The notes under the pieces are model-generated. The model saw only the letters and a list, made by a program, of their open reading frames with translations. It had not been told where the DNA came from and did not search any database. From contig JAFSOV010000016.1 of assembly GCA_017443235.1 (NCBI GenBank), positions 9,525 through 73,524 on the forward strand: a DNA stretch of 64,000 nucleotides, given 5' to 3'. The position numbers and the translations under genes are program-made. Below, in pieces: positions 44,949 to 53,519 of this stretch (the first letter of the stretch is position 1; each line of letters opens with the position of its first letter). Origin of the DNA: Alphaproteobacteria bacterium (GTDB lineage: Bacteria; Pseudomonadota; Alphaproteobacteria; Rs-D84).

Positions 44949-46597
44949 TGCTGCATACATCGGATTTTGATTTTGAATTGCCAACGGAATTGATAGCATC
45001 GCATCCATTGGAACGGCGCGATGCTTCGCGTATGTTGGTGGTCGTGCCAAATTCCCCTCTGACCAGAGGGGTGGTGGGTGAAACCCACCGGGGTGTCGCA
45101 CTAGAAGATAAACACATCCGGGATTTTTTGGATTACATTCAACCCGGCGATGTTGTTGTGTTTAATAATTCGCGTGTTATACCGGCGCGCTTTGATGCGG
45201 ATGGTCACGAAATCACGTTGCACACCGCGGTCGATGATAAAAATTGGTGGGGGCTGTGCAAGAAATTTAATAAAATACATATCGGCGACACATTGACTAT
45301 GTGTGACGGTACGACAATAACCGTTATGGATAAAGACGATGAAAGTGGCCTGTTGCTGCGCTTTAATTGTGACAATGTTTTTGATGTGTTGGGGCGGGTT
45401 GGAAAAATGCCGTTGCCACCATATATGAAACGCGAAGCCGAAATCGCGGACAGCGCACGTTATCAAACCGTCTATGCCGACCCGTTGGGGTCAATGGCGG
45501 CGCCAACCGCGGGTTTGCACTTTACCGATGAATTGATGCGCGAAATAGAATCGCGTGGCGCGAAAATTGTAAAGATAACTTTACATGTTGGTGCGGGCAC
45601 ATGGATGCCGGTCAAGACGGAAAATTTAAATGAACATAAAATGCACAGTGAATGGTGCTGTATCACGCCGGCCCAGGCGGAAATTATAAACAACGCCACG
45701 CGTGTAATCGCGGTCGGCACAACAACACTTCGCACCTTGGAATCCGCCGCCAAAGTTCCCCTCCCCGGAGGGGTGGCGGGTAGCACCCGCCGGGGAGGGG
45801 GTAAAAAGGATATTTGTATGAATTTGCCTGCAAACCACAAATTAAAATCTCGTGCGCGCGAATTACGCAAGGCCGGCAGTTTGCCCGAGGCATTATTGTG
45901 GAATGAAATAAAGGGCAAGCGCATATGCGGATTAGATTTTGATAGACAACATGTAATTGGTAACTATATCGTAGATTTCTTTTGTTCAGCCACAGGTTTC
46001 ATTATTGAAATTGATGATAAAACACACGAACTGAAAGGCGAATACGATGAGAAACGTGACGCATATCTTAAAAGTCTTGGGTTAACGATTATGCATATCC
46101 CGGCCTCGGATGTTTTGCAAAATCCTGCGGCGGTGGCCCATTGGATAGAAAATACTGTATCAAATACCCCCACCCCGTCGCCGTTCGGCGCCACCCCTCC
46201 GCCGGAGGGGAACTTGCCACATATGGAAAAAAATAAATTTTCAATCGCCTGTGGGTCATTGCAGACCGGGATGTGTGCGGAATTTGCAGAAACCAAAGTT
46301 CCCCTCCCCGGAGGGGTGGCGGGTGAAACCCGCCGGGGTGGGGCGCGTGTTGCACCGATTTGCCAAACCACCGATATTTTTATCACACCGGGATATAAAT
46401 TCCGTGCGGTTGATGTGTTGTTGACCAATTTTCACTTGCCAAAAAGTACACTGTTTATGTTGGTGTCGGCGTTTTCGGGGCTTAGTGAAATGAAGGCGGC
46501 GTACCGGCACGCCATCGCCGAAAAGTATCGTTTTTTCAGTTATGGCGATTGCTGTTTATTATTTAGAAAGGATTGCGAAAATGTCGTTAAAATTTAA
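44948..46597 (+). CDS. queA: S-adenosylmethionine:tRNA ribosyltransferase-isomerase QueA carrying in-frame insertions (549 aa against about 350)
   Basis: DFDFELP...VVFNNSRVIPAR...MAAPTAGLHFT...VIAVGTTTLRTLESAA | about 196 inserted aa | ICQTTDIFITPGYKFRAVDVLLTNFHLPKSTLFMLVSAF...KYRFFSYGD. Confidence 0.8.
   Translation: MLHTSDFDFELPTELIASHPLERRDASRMLVVVPNSPLTRGVVGETHRGVALEDKHIRDFLDYIQPGDVVVFNNSRVIPARFDADGHEITLHTAVDDKNWWGLCKKFNKIHIGDTLTMCDGTTITVMDKDDESGLLLRFNCDNVFDVLGRVGKMPLPPYMKREAEIADSARYQTVYADPLGSMAAPTAGLHFTDELMREIESRGAKIVKITLHVGAGTWMPVKTENLNEHKMHSEWCCITPAQAEIINNATRVIAVGTTTLRTLESAAKVPLPGGVAGSTRRGGGKKDICMNLPANHKLKSRARELRKAGSLPEALLWNEIKGKRICGLDFDRQHVIGNYIVDFFCSATGFIIEIDDKTHELKGEYDEKRDAYLKSLGLTIMHIPASDVLQNPAAVAHWIENTVSNTPTPSPFGATPPPEGNLPHMEKNKFSIACGSLQTGMCAEFAETKVPLPGGVAGETRRGGARVAPICQTTDIFITPGYKFRAVDVLLTNFHLPKSTLFMLVSAFSGLSEMKAAYRHAIAEKYRFFSYGDCCLLFRKDCENVVKI
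45054..45100. repeat. GC-rich palindromic element, diverged copy (in-frame in the queA N-terminal region)
   Basis: CCCCTCTGACCAGAGGGG TGGTGGGTGAAACCCACC GGGGTGTCGC encodes an extra SPLTRGVVGETHRGVA. Confidence 0.6.
45757..46342 (+). mobile_element. in-frame insertion in queA: a nested DUF559/Vsr-like endonuclease domain flanked by GC-rich palindromic elements
   Basis: Palindromic elements at 45757-45801 and 46300-46342 (CCCCTCCCCGGAGGGG TGGCGGGT-GAA/AGC-ACCCGCC GGGG...), with a partial copy at 46194-46210. An internal RBS AAAAAGGA and an ATG at 45818 start the DUF559-like sequence ARELRKAGSLPEALLWNEIKGKRICGLDFDRQHVIGNYIVDFFCSATGFIIEIDDKTHE...LGLTIMHIPASDV. Confidence 0.65.
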
Positions 46598-47693
46598 TTT
46601 GATTGCAACCGATGGAAATGCGCGGCGCGGATGCGTGGAGACCGCGCACGGAACATTTCAAACCCCAAGCTTTATGGCGGTTGGCACGGCGGCAACGGTC
46701 AAGGCACTTACCATGGACCAGGTTCGCGCGACCGGAACCGAAGTTATTTTGGGCAACACATATCATTTAATGATGCGCCCGGGCGGTGATTTGGTGGAAA
46801 GAATGGGCGGTCTGCACAAATTCGGTGGTTGGCACGGCCCGATTTTGACCGACAGTGGCGGGTTCCAGGTTATGTCGCTGTCTAATCTGGTCAAGATGAA
46901 AGAGCAGGGTGTAGAATTTACATCGCACATTGACGGCGGAATAAAACATTTCCTGCGCCCCGAAGATTCTGTGCATATTCAACATCAACTTGATTCAAAT
47001 ATCACAATGGTTTTGGATGAATGTTTACACCTGCCGACTACGCGGGAACGTGCGGAAAAAAATGTAGATATGGTGACGCGTTGGGCGGCGCGCAGTAAAA
47101 ACGCGTTCGTTGACCGACCGGGTTATGGAATTTTTGGCATTGTCCAAGGTGCAGATTTCCCAGACCTGCGCGAAAAATCTGCGCGGGAATTGACCGCAAT
47201 TGGTTTTGACGGATATGCGATTGGCGGCCTGGCCGTGGGTGAACCCCAGGAAGTCATGTTCAAAATGATTGAAACCGTTGCGCCAATGTTGCCAACCGAC
47301 AAACCGCGGTATTTAATGGGCGTTGGCACACCACTTGATATTTTGGGTGCGGTGGAACGCGGGGTTGATATGTTTGATTGTGTTATGCCAACACGCGCAG
47401 GCCGTACGGCAATGGCATTTACGCGCCATGGCACAATGAATATGCGCAACGCGAAATATCGTGATGACGCGTCTCCAATCGATGACAAATGTGGTTGTCC
47501 GGCGTGTAAACTTTCGCGCGCGTATTTGCATCACTTGATAAAGTGCAATGAAATTTTGGGCGCGACATTGTTGACACAACATAACCTTTGGTTCTATCAA
47601 GACCTGATGCGTGGCATCCGCGAAAGCATAGAGCAGGGGCGTTTCGCCGAATTTAAGGCGGAGTTTATAAAAAATTACACAGGGGAAAACTAA
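46581..47693 (+). CDS. tgt: queuine tRNA-ribosyltransferase
   Basis: ATDGNARRG...TPSFMAVGT... and a zinc site CGCPAC...H. It overlaps the queA end. Confidence 0.85.
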   Translation: MSLKFNLIATDGNARRGCVETAHGTFQTPSFMAVGTAATVKALTMDQVRATGTEVILGNTYHLMMRPGGDLVERMGGLHKFGGWHGPILTDSGGFQVMSLSNLVKMKEQGVEFTSHIDGGIKHFLRPEDSVHIQHQLDSNITMVLDECLHLPTTRERAEKNVDMVTRWAARSKNAFVDRPGYGIFGIVQGADFPDLREKSARELTAIGFDGYAIGGLAVGEPQEVMFKMIETVAPMLPTDKPRYLMGVGTPLDILGAVERGVDMFDCVMPTRAGRTAMAFTRHGTMNMRNAKYRDDASPIDDKCGCPACKLSRAYLHHLIKCNEILGATLLTQHNLWFYQDLMRGIRESIEQGRFAEFKAEFIKNYTGEN

Positions 47694-47752
47694 ATTGTTG
47701 ATTTAATTTTTCAAATGTTGAAATATTCTTTCATAAAACGAAAGGATTCAAC

Positions 47753-48736
47753 ATGGCAAAAAAAGAAATCGAAGTAATTGACCGCGGTGGCGCAAAAACC
47801 GTCGCGAAAAAAACATCTGTGGTGACGCATGCAAAACGTGTGTTTTTAATTGTTAGTGTTTTATGGCTGACATTCGTTGCGATATTCCCGTTATATGTAA
47901 AATCGCACTATGCGTCGCCGATAAAGAAATCGATTGTTGTGTCAATGTTCTTTGATTTGCAACGCAACATTGTCGAACAGTATGAAAAATTACTTGGCGG
48001 AATCAAGAATGCAATCAATTTGGAAAAACCGGTTGGCATCGCGATTCAAAAGGTAAAAATTGTTGAATCCCAGGTTGATAAAGTGACCGATACCACGGCA
48101 CGCGCCAAAGAACAAACCGCCAAGGTCAAAGAACAAACATCCGGCGTGCGCGCATTGACCGGTTTGGCAAATAAATTTGGCGTGAAAACCGACGCGGTTG
48201 ATAATGTTGTTGATAAAGCCGACGGCGCCGTTGACAAGGCGAATGCCGCGGTGGACAAGGTTGACAATGTCGCAAAAATGGTGAACGAAAAATTGGACAC
48301 CGTTGAAAAAGAATTGGTCAAAGTCACACAAATCGAAGTCGATAAAATGATTGATGAGGCCGTCAAGAAACAAATCGACAAAAACACCGGCGGATTGGGA
48401 ACGACATTATTGACCAATTATGGAATCAAACACGTGTATCCATGGCGTCCGTCATCGTGGCCGGTTGCGGTTAAAATCTATAACGATTTGGAAAAATCCA
48501 ATGTTGGCGTGGTGCAAATTTTGACCCGCACAGTGAACAAATATTTCGGCTATGTTGCGTGGGGATTGGTAATTGCGGCATGGGCATTGGGCCTTTATAT
48601 CTGGATGTTTATATACAAGAAATACAAGGCCACAATTGCACCGTTCATTGTTTGCCCACGTTGCGGTCACGCGTTTGCCGACCGTCGTACGGCAATGAGT
48701 ATGTTGAAAATGCTGCAACCGTGGAAATGGTTTTAG
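47753..48736 (+). CDS. membrane protein with repetitive VDKAxxAVDKV coiled-coil region
   Basis: N-terminal and C-terminal TM segments, central KEQT/VDKA repeats, and a C-terminal CPRCGH motif. Confidence 0.5.
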   Translation: MAKKEIEVIDRGGAKTVAKKTSVVTHAKRVFLIVSVLWLTFVAIFPLYVKSHYASPIKKSIVVSMFFDLQRNIVEQYEKLLGGIKNAINLEKPVGIAIQKVKIVESQVDKVTDTTARAKEQTAKVKEQTSGVRALTGLANKFGVKTDAVDNVVDKADGAVDKANAAVDKVDNVAKMVNEKLDTVEKELVKVTQIEVDKMIDEAVKKQIDKNTGGLGTTLLTNYGIKHVYPWRPSSWPVAVKIYNDLEKSNVGVVQILTRTVNKYFGYVAWGLVIAAWALGLYIWMFIYKKYKATIAPFIVCPRCGHAFADRRTAMSMLKMLQPWKWF

Positions 48737-48766
48737 TAAAACGCCCCACATGGGGCGTTTTTCGGA
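48737..48766 (+). terminator. rho-independent terminator aaaacgccccacatggggcgttttt
   Basis: A perfect hairpin plus a T-run. Confidence 0.65.
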
Positions 48767-48822
48767 ATATTTATTTTTTACTTGCAAAAAAGAAATTTGT
48801 ATGTAAAAATATCCCACGCAAT

Positions 48823-48899
48823 GCGAGCGTAGCTCAGTTGGCTAGAGCGCAACCTTGCCAAGGTTGAGGTCGAGGGTTCGAGCCCCTTTGCTCGCACCA
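48823..48899 (+). tRNA. tRNA-Gly (anticodon GCC)
   Basis: A cloverleaf with acceptor GCGAGCG/TGCTCGC, anticodon loop TTGCCAA, T-arm GGGTTCGAGCCCC, and CCA. Confidence 0.9.
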
Positions 48900-49104
48900 G
48901 ATATTTTGGAACCACCCGAAAGGGTGGTTTCTTAAATATCTCGTGCAAAGGGGCGAGAACCCGCAGGGTTGCGAGGCGAGGTGGCGACGCCACCGAAGTA
49001 CTTTGCTCGCACCAAAATTTTAAAAACCACCGTTAGGTCGGTTTTTTATTTTATGGCAATGGTGGGATTTTTATTCTAAGATTTGATTATCTAAAGGGGT
49101 TTTT

Positions 49105-50214
49105 ATGACACAGATATTATCAGAAGTTAATTTGGATTACAGCGATATTTTAATTCGACCAAAAATGGGTATAAACCTGAATTCGCGACGCGATGTGAAC
49201 CTGACGCGGGTTTTCAAATTCAAACACGGACAAACGCGCACCGGCCTGGGGGTGTTCAATGCCAATATGGCGACGGTTGGGAACTTTGTTATTGCCAAGA
49301 AATTGTTGGCGCGCGGTATGTTCGCAACGCTGCATAAACATTATGGTGTTGATGAAATTGGTGCGTTTCTTGAATCTTGCCGGGCAGACAATGTTTCGTG
49401 TGATAATCTGTTTGTAACAATTGGACTTAAAAATGCCGACTTGGAAATTCAAAAACTGAAAGATTTGGAATCAAAATATAAATGGGGTGCGCCACGTAAT
49501 ATTTGTATTGATGCGCCGAATTTCTATATTCCAAATGCGTTGGATGTTTTGGCACGTGTGCGCTACGAATTTCCGGACAGTGTTATTATGGCGGGTAATA
49601 TCGCCAGTGGTGATATATGCCTGAAACTGCTGGATTATGCGGACATTATTAAATGCGGTATTGGGTCTGGGTCTGCGTGTTTGACGCGCCGGCAAACGGG
49701 TTGCGGAACACCGATGGTATCACTGATTTTGGAATGTGCCGATATTGCGCATTCTGTGAACGGGCATATTTGTGCAGATGGTGGCATTGTTGATGTCGGT
49801 GATATATGCAAGGCATTTTGCCTTAATGCAGATTTTGTTATGGCGGGCGGAATGTTTGCCGGCACGGACGAGGCCGCGGGCGACATCATTGAAAAACACT
49901 TTGAAACGAACGAAATAATTGATGGCGCGCGCGCCGTTCAAACAAAATATTTCAAGGCGTACTATGGTATGTCATCTGAATATGCGAACAATAAATTCGC
50001 CGGTGGCATGGCGGACTATAAAACATCCGAAGGGCGCGAATTATTGATACCATACACCGGCCCAATTGATAAAATCTTGCAAGATATTACCGGCGGAATC
50101 GCATCGTGTTGCACGTATGTCGGCGCGACATCGGTTAAACACCTGTCAAAGTGCGCCACAATTATTCAGGTTCACAATCAATTAAATCGCGTATTTGAAA
50201 AATATTCTGTATAA
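49105..50214 (+). CDS. guaC: GMP reductase (IMPDH/GuaC family)
   Basis: DILIRPK...ANMATVGNF...GIGSGSACLTR...GMSSE parallels E. coli GuaC throughout. Confidence 0.8.
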   Translation: MTQILSEVNLDYSDILIRPKMGINLNSRRDVNLTRVFKFKHGQTRTGLGVFNANMATVGNFVIAKKLLARGMFATLHKHYGVDEIGAFLESCRADNVSCDNLFVTIGLKNADLEIQKLKDLESKYKWGAPRNICIDAPNFYIPNALDVLARVRYEFPDSVIMAGNIASGDICLKLLDYADIIKCGIGSGSACLTRRQTGCGTPMVSLILECADIAHSVNGHICADGGIVDVGDICKAFCLNADFVMAGGMFAGTDEAAGDIIEKHFETNEIIDGARAVQTKYFKAYYGMSSEYANNKFAGGMADYKTSEGRELLIPYTGPIDKILQDITGGIASCCTYVGATSVKHLSKCATIIQVHNQLNRVFEKYSV

Positions 50215-50286
50215 CACTGGGCAATATTTATAATTGTCAAATTTGATTTTTTGTGATAAAATACGCCATAGAAATAGGGGCGTATT

Positions 50287-51796
50287 ATGAAACAGGCACG
50301 GAAAACAAAACTTACGAAATCTGCGTTGGGGATTGCAACGGCCGCATTGGTTGCGGGCGGGGTCGCGGTGCACGGTGGCAAACAAAAAGCACGCGCCAAA
50401 TCAACCGTGCCGAATGAACAAGACGCTACGCCCAATCGGGGGGAAATACAGAAAAATTTGACATTTGGTGAATACAAAGAAATGTTGGCACCGGTCACGC
50501 CTTATATTATGTTGGAATTGATTTTGAATGAAGGAATAAAATTGGATAAATCCGGCAAATACTGCATCCCATATAAAGATTCACGCGGTGTTTGGACAAT
50601 TGCGTTTGGCGTCACCACAACACGTGACGGTAAAAAGGTCACCAAGAAAACAAAACCGATTCCAATTGAACGTGCGTGGGATGAATCTATACACTTTTTG
50701 GAATCGCGCGAGACATATTTTTTTAATGTATTGCTATGATGTCGGGTGTGAAAATTTGCATTTGGATAATGCGGCGCGTGCGTGCGCGTTTGCGTCGGTG
50801 TTCTATAATTCCGGAACAAAACTTATGGAAGAACCAAGTGATAAAAATCACCGTGAACGCAATGAAACCCTGCGCAATTTATACAAAGAATACGGCGATA
50901 ATATCACCGCGGATATGGTACGCGAATGCTTTTCTAAATATCCAATTGTTGCGCCACGTTCATTTGGCGCGCGCGCAATTGCCGGTGCGTCGGACAAAGA
51001 ATTGGCGGACATCCTTGGAATCTATACGGTTGGTGGTCGTGGCCTGTGGTCGCGGCGTTGGCTAGAAGGTCAAATCTTGATGGGAAATATTACGCCCGAA
51101 GACTTTTTGAATTTGCCCGAACAAAGTCTTTATGAATTCTTTCGGTTGATGGGCGAAACACGTGAAGTGTTTTGGATTGGTAAAGACCAAGATACAAAAA
51201 TAAATATGCAAACTTTGCCTGCATTTAAGCAATGGATAAAAAATCCGGTCACGCACGATGGCAAAACAAAGTTTTCCGGTAAAACAATTGGGCAGATGTT
51301 GGAACGTATGAACCCAACCATATTGGCCCAGTTTGATGACGGCAAATATGAATTGGGCGATATCAAACAATTTGATGGACGCCCGAATGTGAAATCAATG
51401 ATGGATTCGTTATATTTCTTGGCAAATGCGGATTTCTTGGCGGGTGATTATGAATCCGCCGCGGAAAAGTTCGAAACTTTGGCGGAAAAAAATCCAAACA
51501 ATGCGCAAATCTTTAATGATTTGGCCGCGACATATAACAATATGGGTGAACACGAACGCGCATTGGCCGCGGTAAATCATATTATCAAAGAAATCAAAGA
51601 CAAATCCGCATTTGCGGCGGCATATTATAATGCCGGTGTTGCGCGCGAATCATTGGGTGAATTGGACAAGGCATTGATAAATTATAATAAAGCAATCGAA
51701 AACGGAAATAAATCGCCACGCGTTCCCGATGCAATTAAACGTGTTGAATTGAATAAAAACCTGGCAAGGCGAAATACCGGTCAAATCCACGTTTAA
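50287..51796 (+). pseudogene. lysozyme (GH24, phage-type) with C-terminal TPR domain, reading frame broken at a T7 homopolymer
   Basis: Frame 1 reads LNEGIKLDKSGKYCIPYKDSRGVWTIAFGVT up to a stop at 50739. The +1 frame continues LMYCYDVGCENL...AFASVFYNSG followed by TPR repeats. The T-run is at 50718-50724. Confidence 0.55.
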
Positions 51797-51903
51797 TCAA
51801 TAAGATGTTAACGGTTTTTATGTTTGCAGTACATTGCATAATATGATACAATATACATCATAGATTTTATACAACAAGCAACAAATTAAAATGGAGGAAT
51901 AAA

Positions 51904-53502
51904 ATGAGAAAACTAACAATCTTAACATCTATATTGGCATTGGCCGCATGCAGCAGTGGCGGCGGCGGTGGACATAACCCTGGATATGCCCACGGCGCAG
52001 CCAGCACCCCAGTGACAGGGCCAACATTTACGGATGGTATTTATACAAATACTGAAAATAATGACAATGTCACGCAAATGAAAACCCAGGTTATAGTCGA
52101 TTCTAATGGGCATTCCGTTGCCCCGACATTGTCACGTGGTGGCAGTATTCGTTCAGGATCTATTCAAGACACAAACGGAAATTCATACAATGTCTATGAT
52201 TTGGAAGATGTAAAATTAAATGTTGCAGATGAAAATGCTGGTTGGTTAAAGATTGGATTGGCGGATGATGGGGCCATCAAAGATATCACTTTGTCCAGTG
52301 GCGGTGTAGAATCGCAATTGGCGCGTGAAGGCACAACAAATCAATTCCGTGGACCAATTTTTGAATATGTTCCAAACGATGACGACAGAGCGTCGTATCG
52401 CATAGTCGATGGTACAGATTTTGGGGAATTTGTAAATATAGAAGGTTTTGCTGATACATTGGATGACAACGGTCACGCAACAATGGCTACATTGGAATTG
52501 ATTGCGTCCAACAAGAATTTAACCGGTGGCCATTGGAATTATATTGATGAAAGAATGGATGTCACAACAAATAAACATATTACCGCAGGTAATTCAAACG
52601 CCGTGGCATTGCAATATTCTGATTTTGGACATTTTAACCCAGTGTACAGAAGTAAACATACGGAATTGGATGCAGATGTCTTGGCGGCCATACGTGAATA
52701 TGGTGCGGATATCGAGGCGGCATTATTGGCGGGTAATACGACCGAGTTTAATAATTTATTAGAAACATCTGGGCTTGACCGGGATGGCAAAGACAAATAC
52801 CGTGATAATGACGAATTTGCCGCGAAATTGGGTCAGGCAAATTATCAACTGTTCGCCGGTGGATACGCAATTGGCGCCGATGGTCAATTGATAGAAGGCG
52901 GATCATTTGATGCGCCGGTTGGTGCAACGTTTACCGGAACAGGCGTTGGGCGTGTTTATACCAGTATTCATGCAAATGCCGATGGAACCGAAGATGAATA
53001 TAAAAATGCCGTGTTGGCGCAATATGGCATCACCGGTGATGGTCATGATATAGTGAAAAGTTTCACGACCAGTTCGGCACAATTAGAAATTGATGCAAAC
53101 GGAAACCAGACTTTGGAAATGGTGTTTCCAGATTTTTATACCGTAACTGCAACCCAAACCGCCGGTGGAGTTTCAAATGTGACATTAACGGCCGATAATG
53201 ACAAACTTGCGCAGATAGAAAAACAATACAGAAAAACAAGTGATGTTGCGTTGCCGGATTATGGTGAAACGCCCCCGACACACCAGGTCACCAGTAATGG
53301 CACCACAGACGCGCCAGAAACGGCATTTATTCCCGGATACTATGGCGTTGGATCTGTATCCGAAGCGGCCGGTTTGGTGCGATATGCTGAAGAAACAAAT
53401 GATATCGAGGTCACAAACACAACTGACCCGGATAACCCGGAAATCAAAACCTTTACGCGTGAATTTGAATTCCAAGGCGCGTACGGTATGAAGAAAGACT
53501 AG
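51904..53502 (+). CDS. surface lipoprotein (SLP-type; Slam substrate candidate)
   Basis: Lipobox LAACSSGGGGGHNPG, a poly-Gly linker as in TbpB/fHbp, and a beta-rich protein ending FEFQGAYGMKKD. Confidence 0.5.
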   Translation: MRKLTILTSILALAACSSGGGGGHNPGYAHGAASTPVTGPTFTDGIYTNTENNDNVTQMKTQVIVDSNGHSVAPTLSRGGSIRSGSIQDTNGNSYNVYDLEDVKLNVADENAGWLKIGLADDGAIKDITLSSGGVESQLAREGTTNQFRGPIFEYVPNDDDRASYRIVDGTDFGEFVNIEGFADTLDDNGHATMATLELIASNKNLTGGHWNYIDERMDVTTNKHITAGNSNAVALQYSDFGHFNPVYRSKHTELDADVLAAIREYGADIEAALLAGNTTEFNNLLETSGLDRDGKDKYRDNDEFAAKLGQANYQLFAGGYAIGADGQLIEGGSFDAPVGATFTGTGVGRVYTSIHANADGTEDEYKNAVLAQYGITGDGHDIVKSFTTSSAQLEIDANGNQTLEMVFPDFYTVTATQTAGGVSNVTLTADNDKLAQIEKQYRKTSDVALPDYGETPPTHQVTSNGTTDAPETAFIPGYYGVGSVSEAAGLVRYAEETNDIEVTNTTDPDNPEIKTFTREFEFQGAYGMKKD

Positions 53503-53519
53503 GTGTTGTTTGGTTCTGT

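Noticed and set aside
45757-46342. The queA insert as an intein
   Set aside because: There is no Cys/Ser/Thr at the N-terminal junction and no His-Asn plus Cys/Ser/Thr at the C-terminal junction. The embedded domain is DUF559/Vsr-like, not LAGLIDADG or HNH. Palindromic DNA repeats flank it instead.
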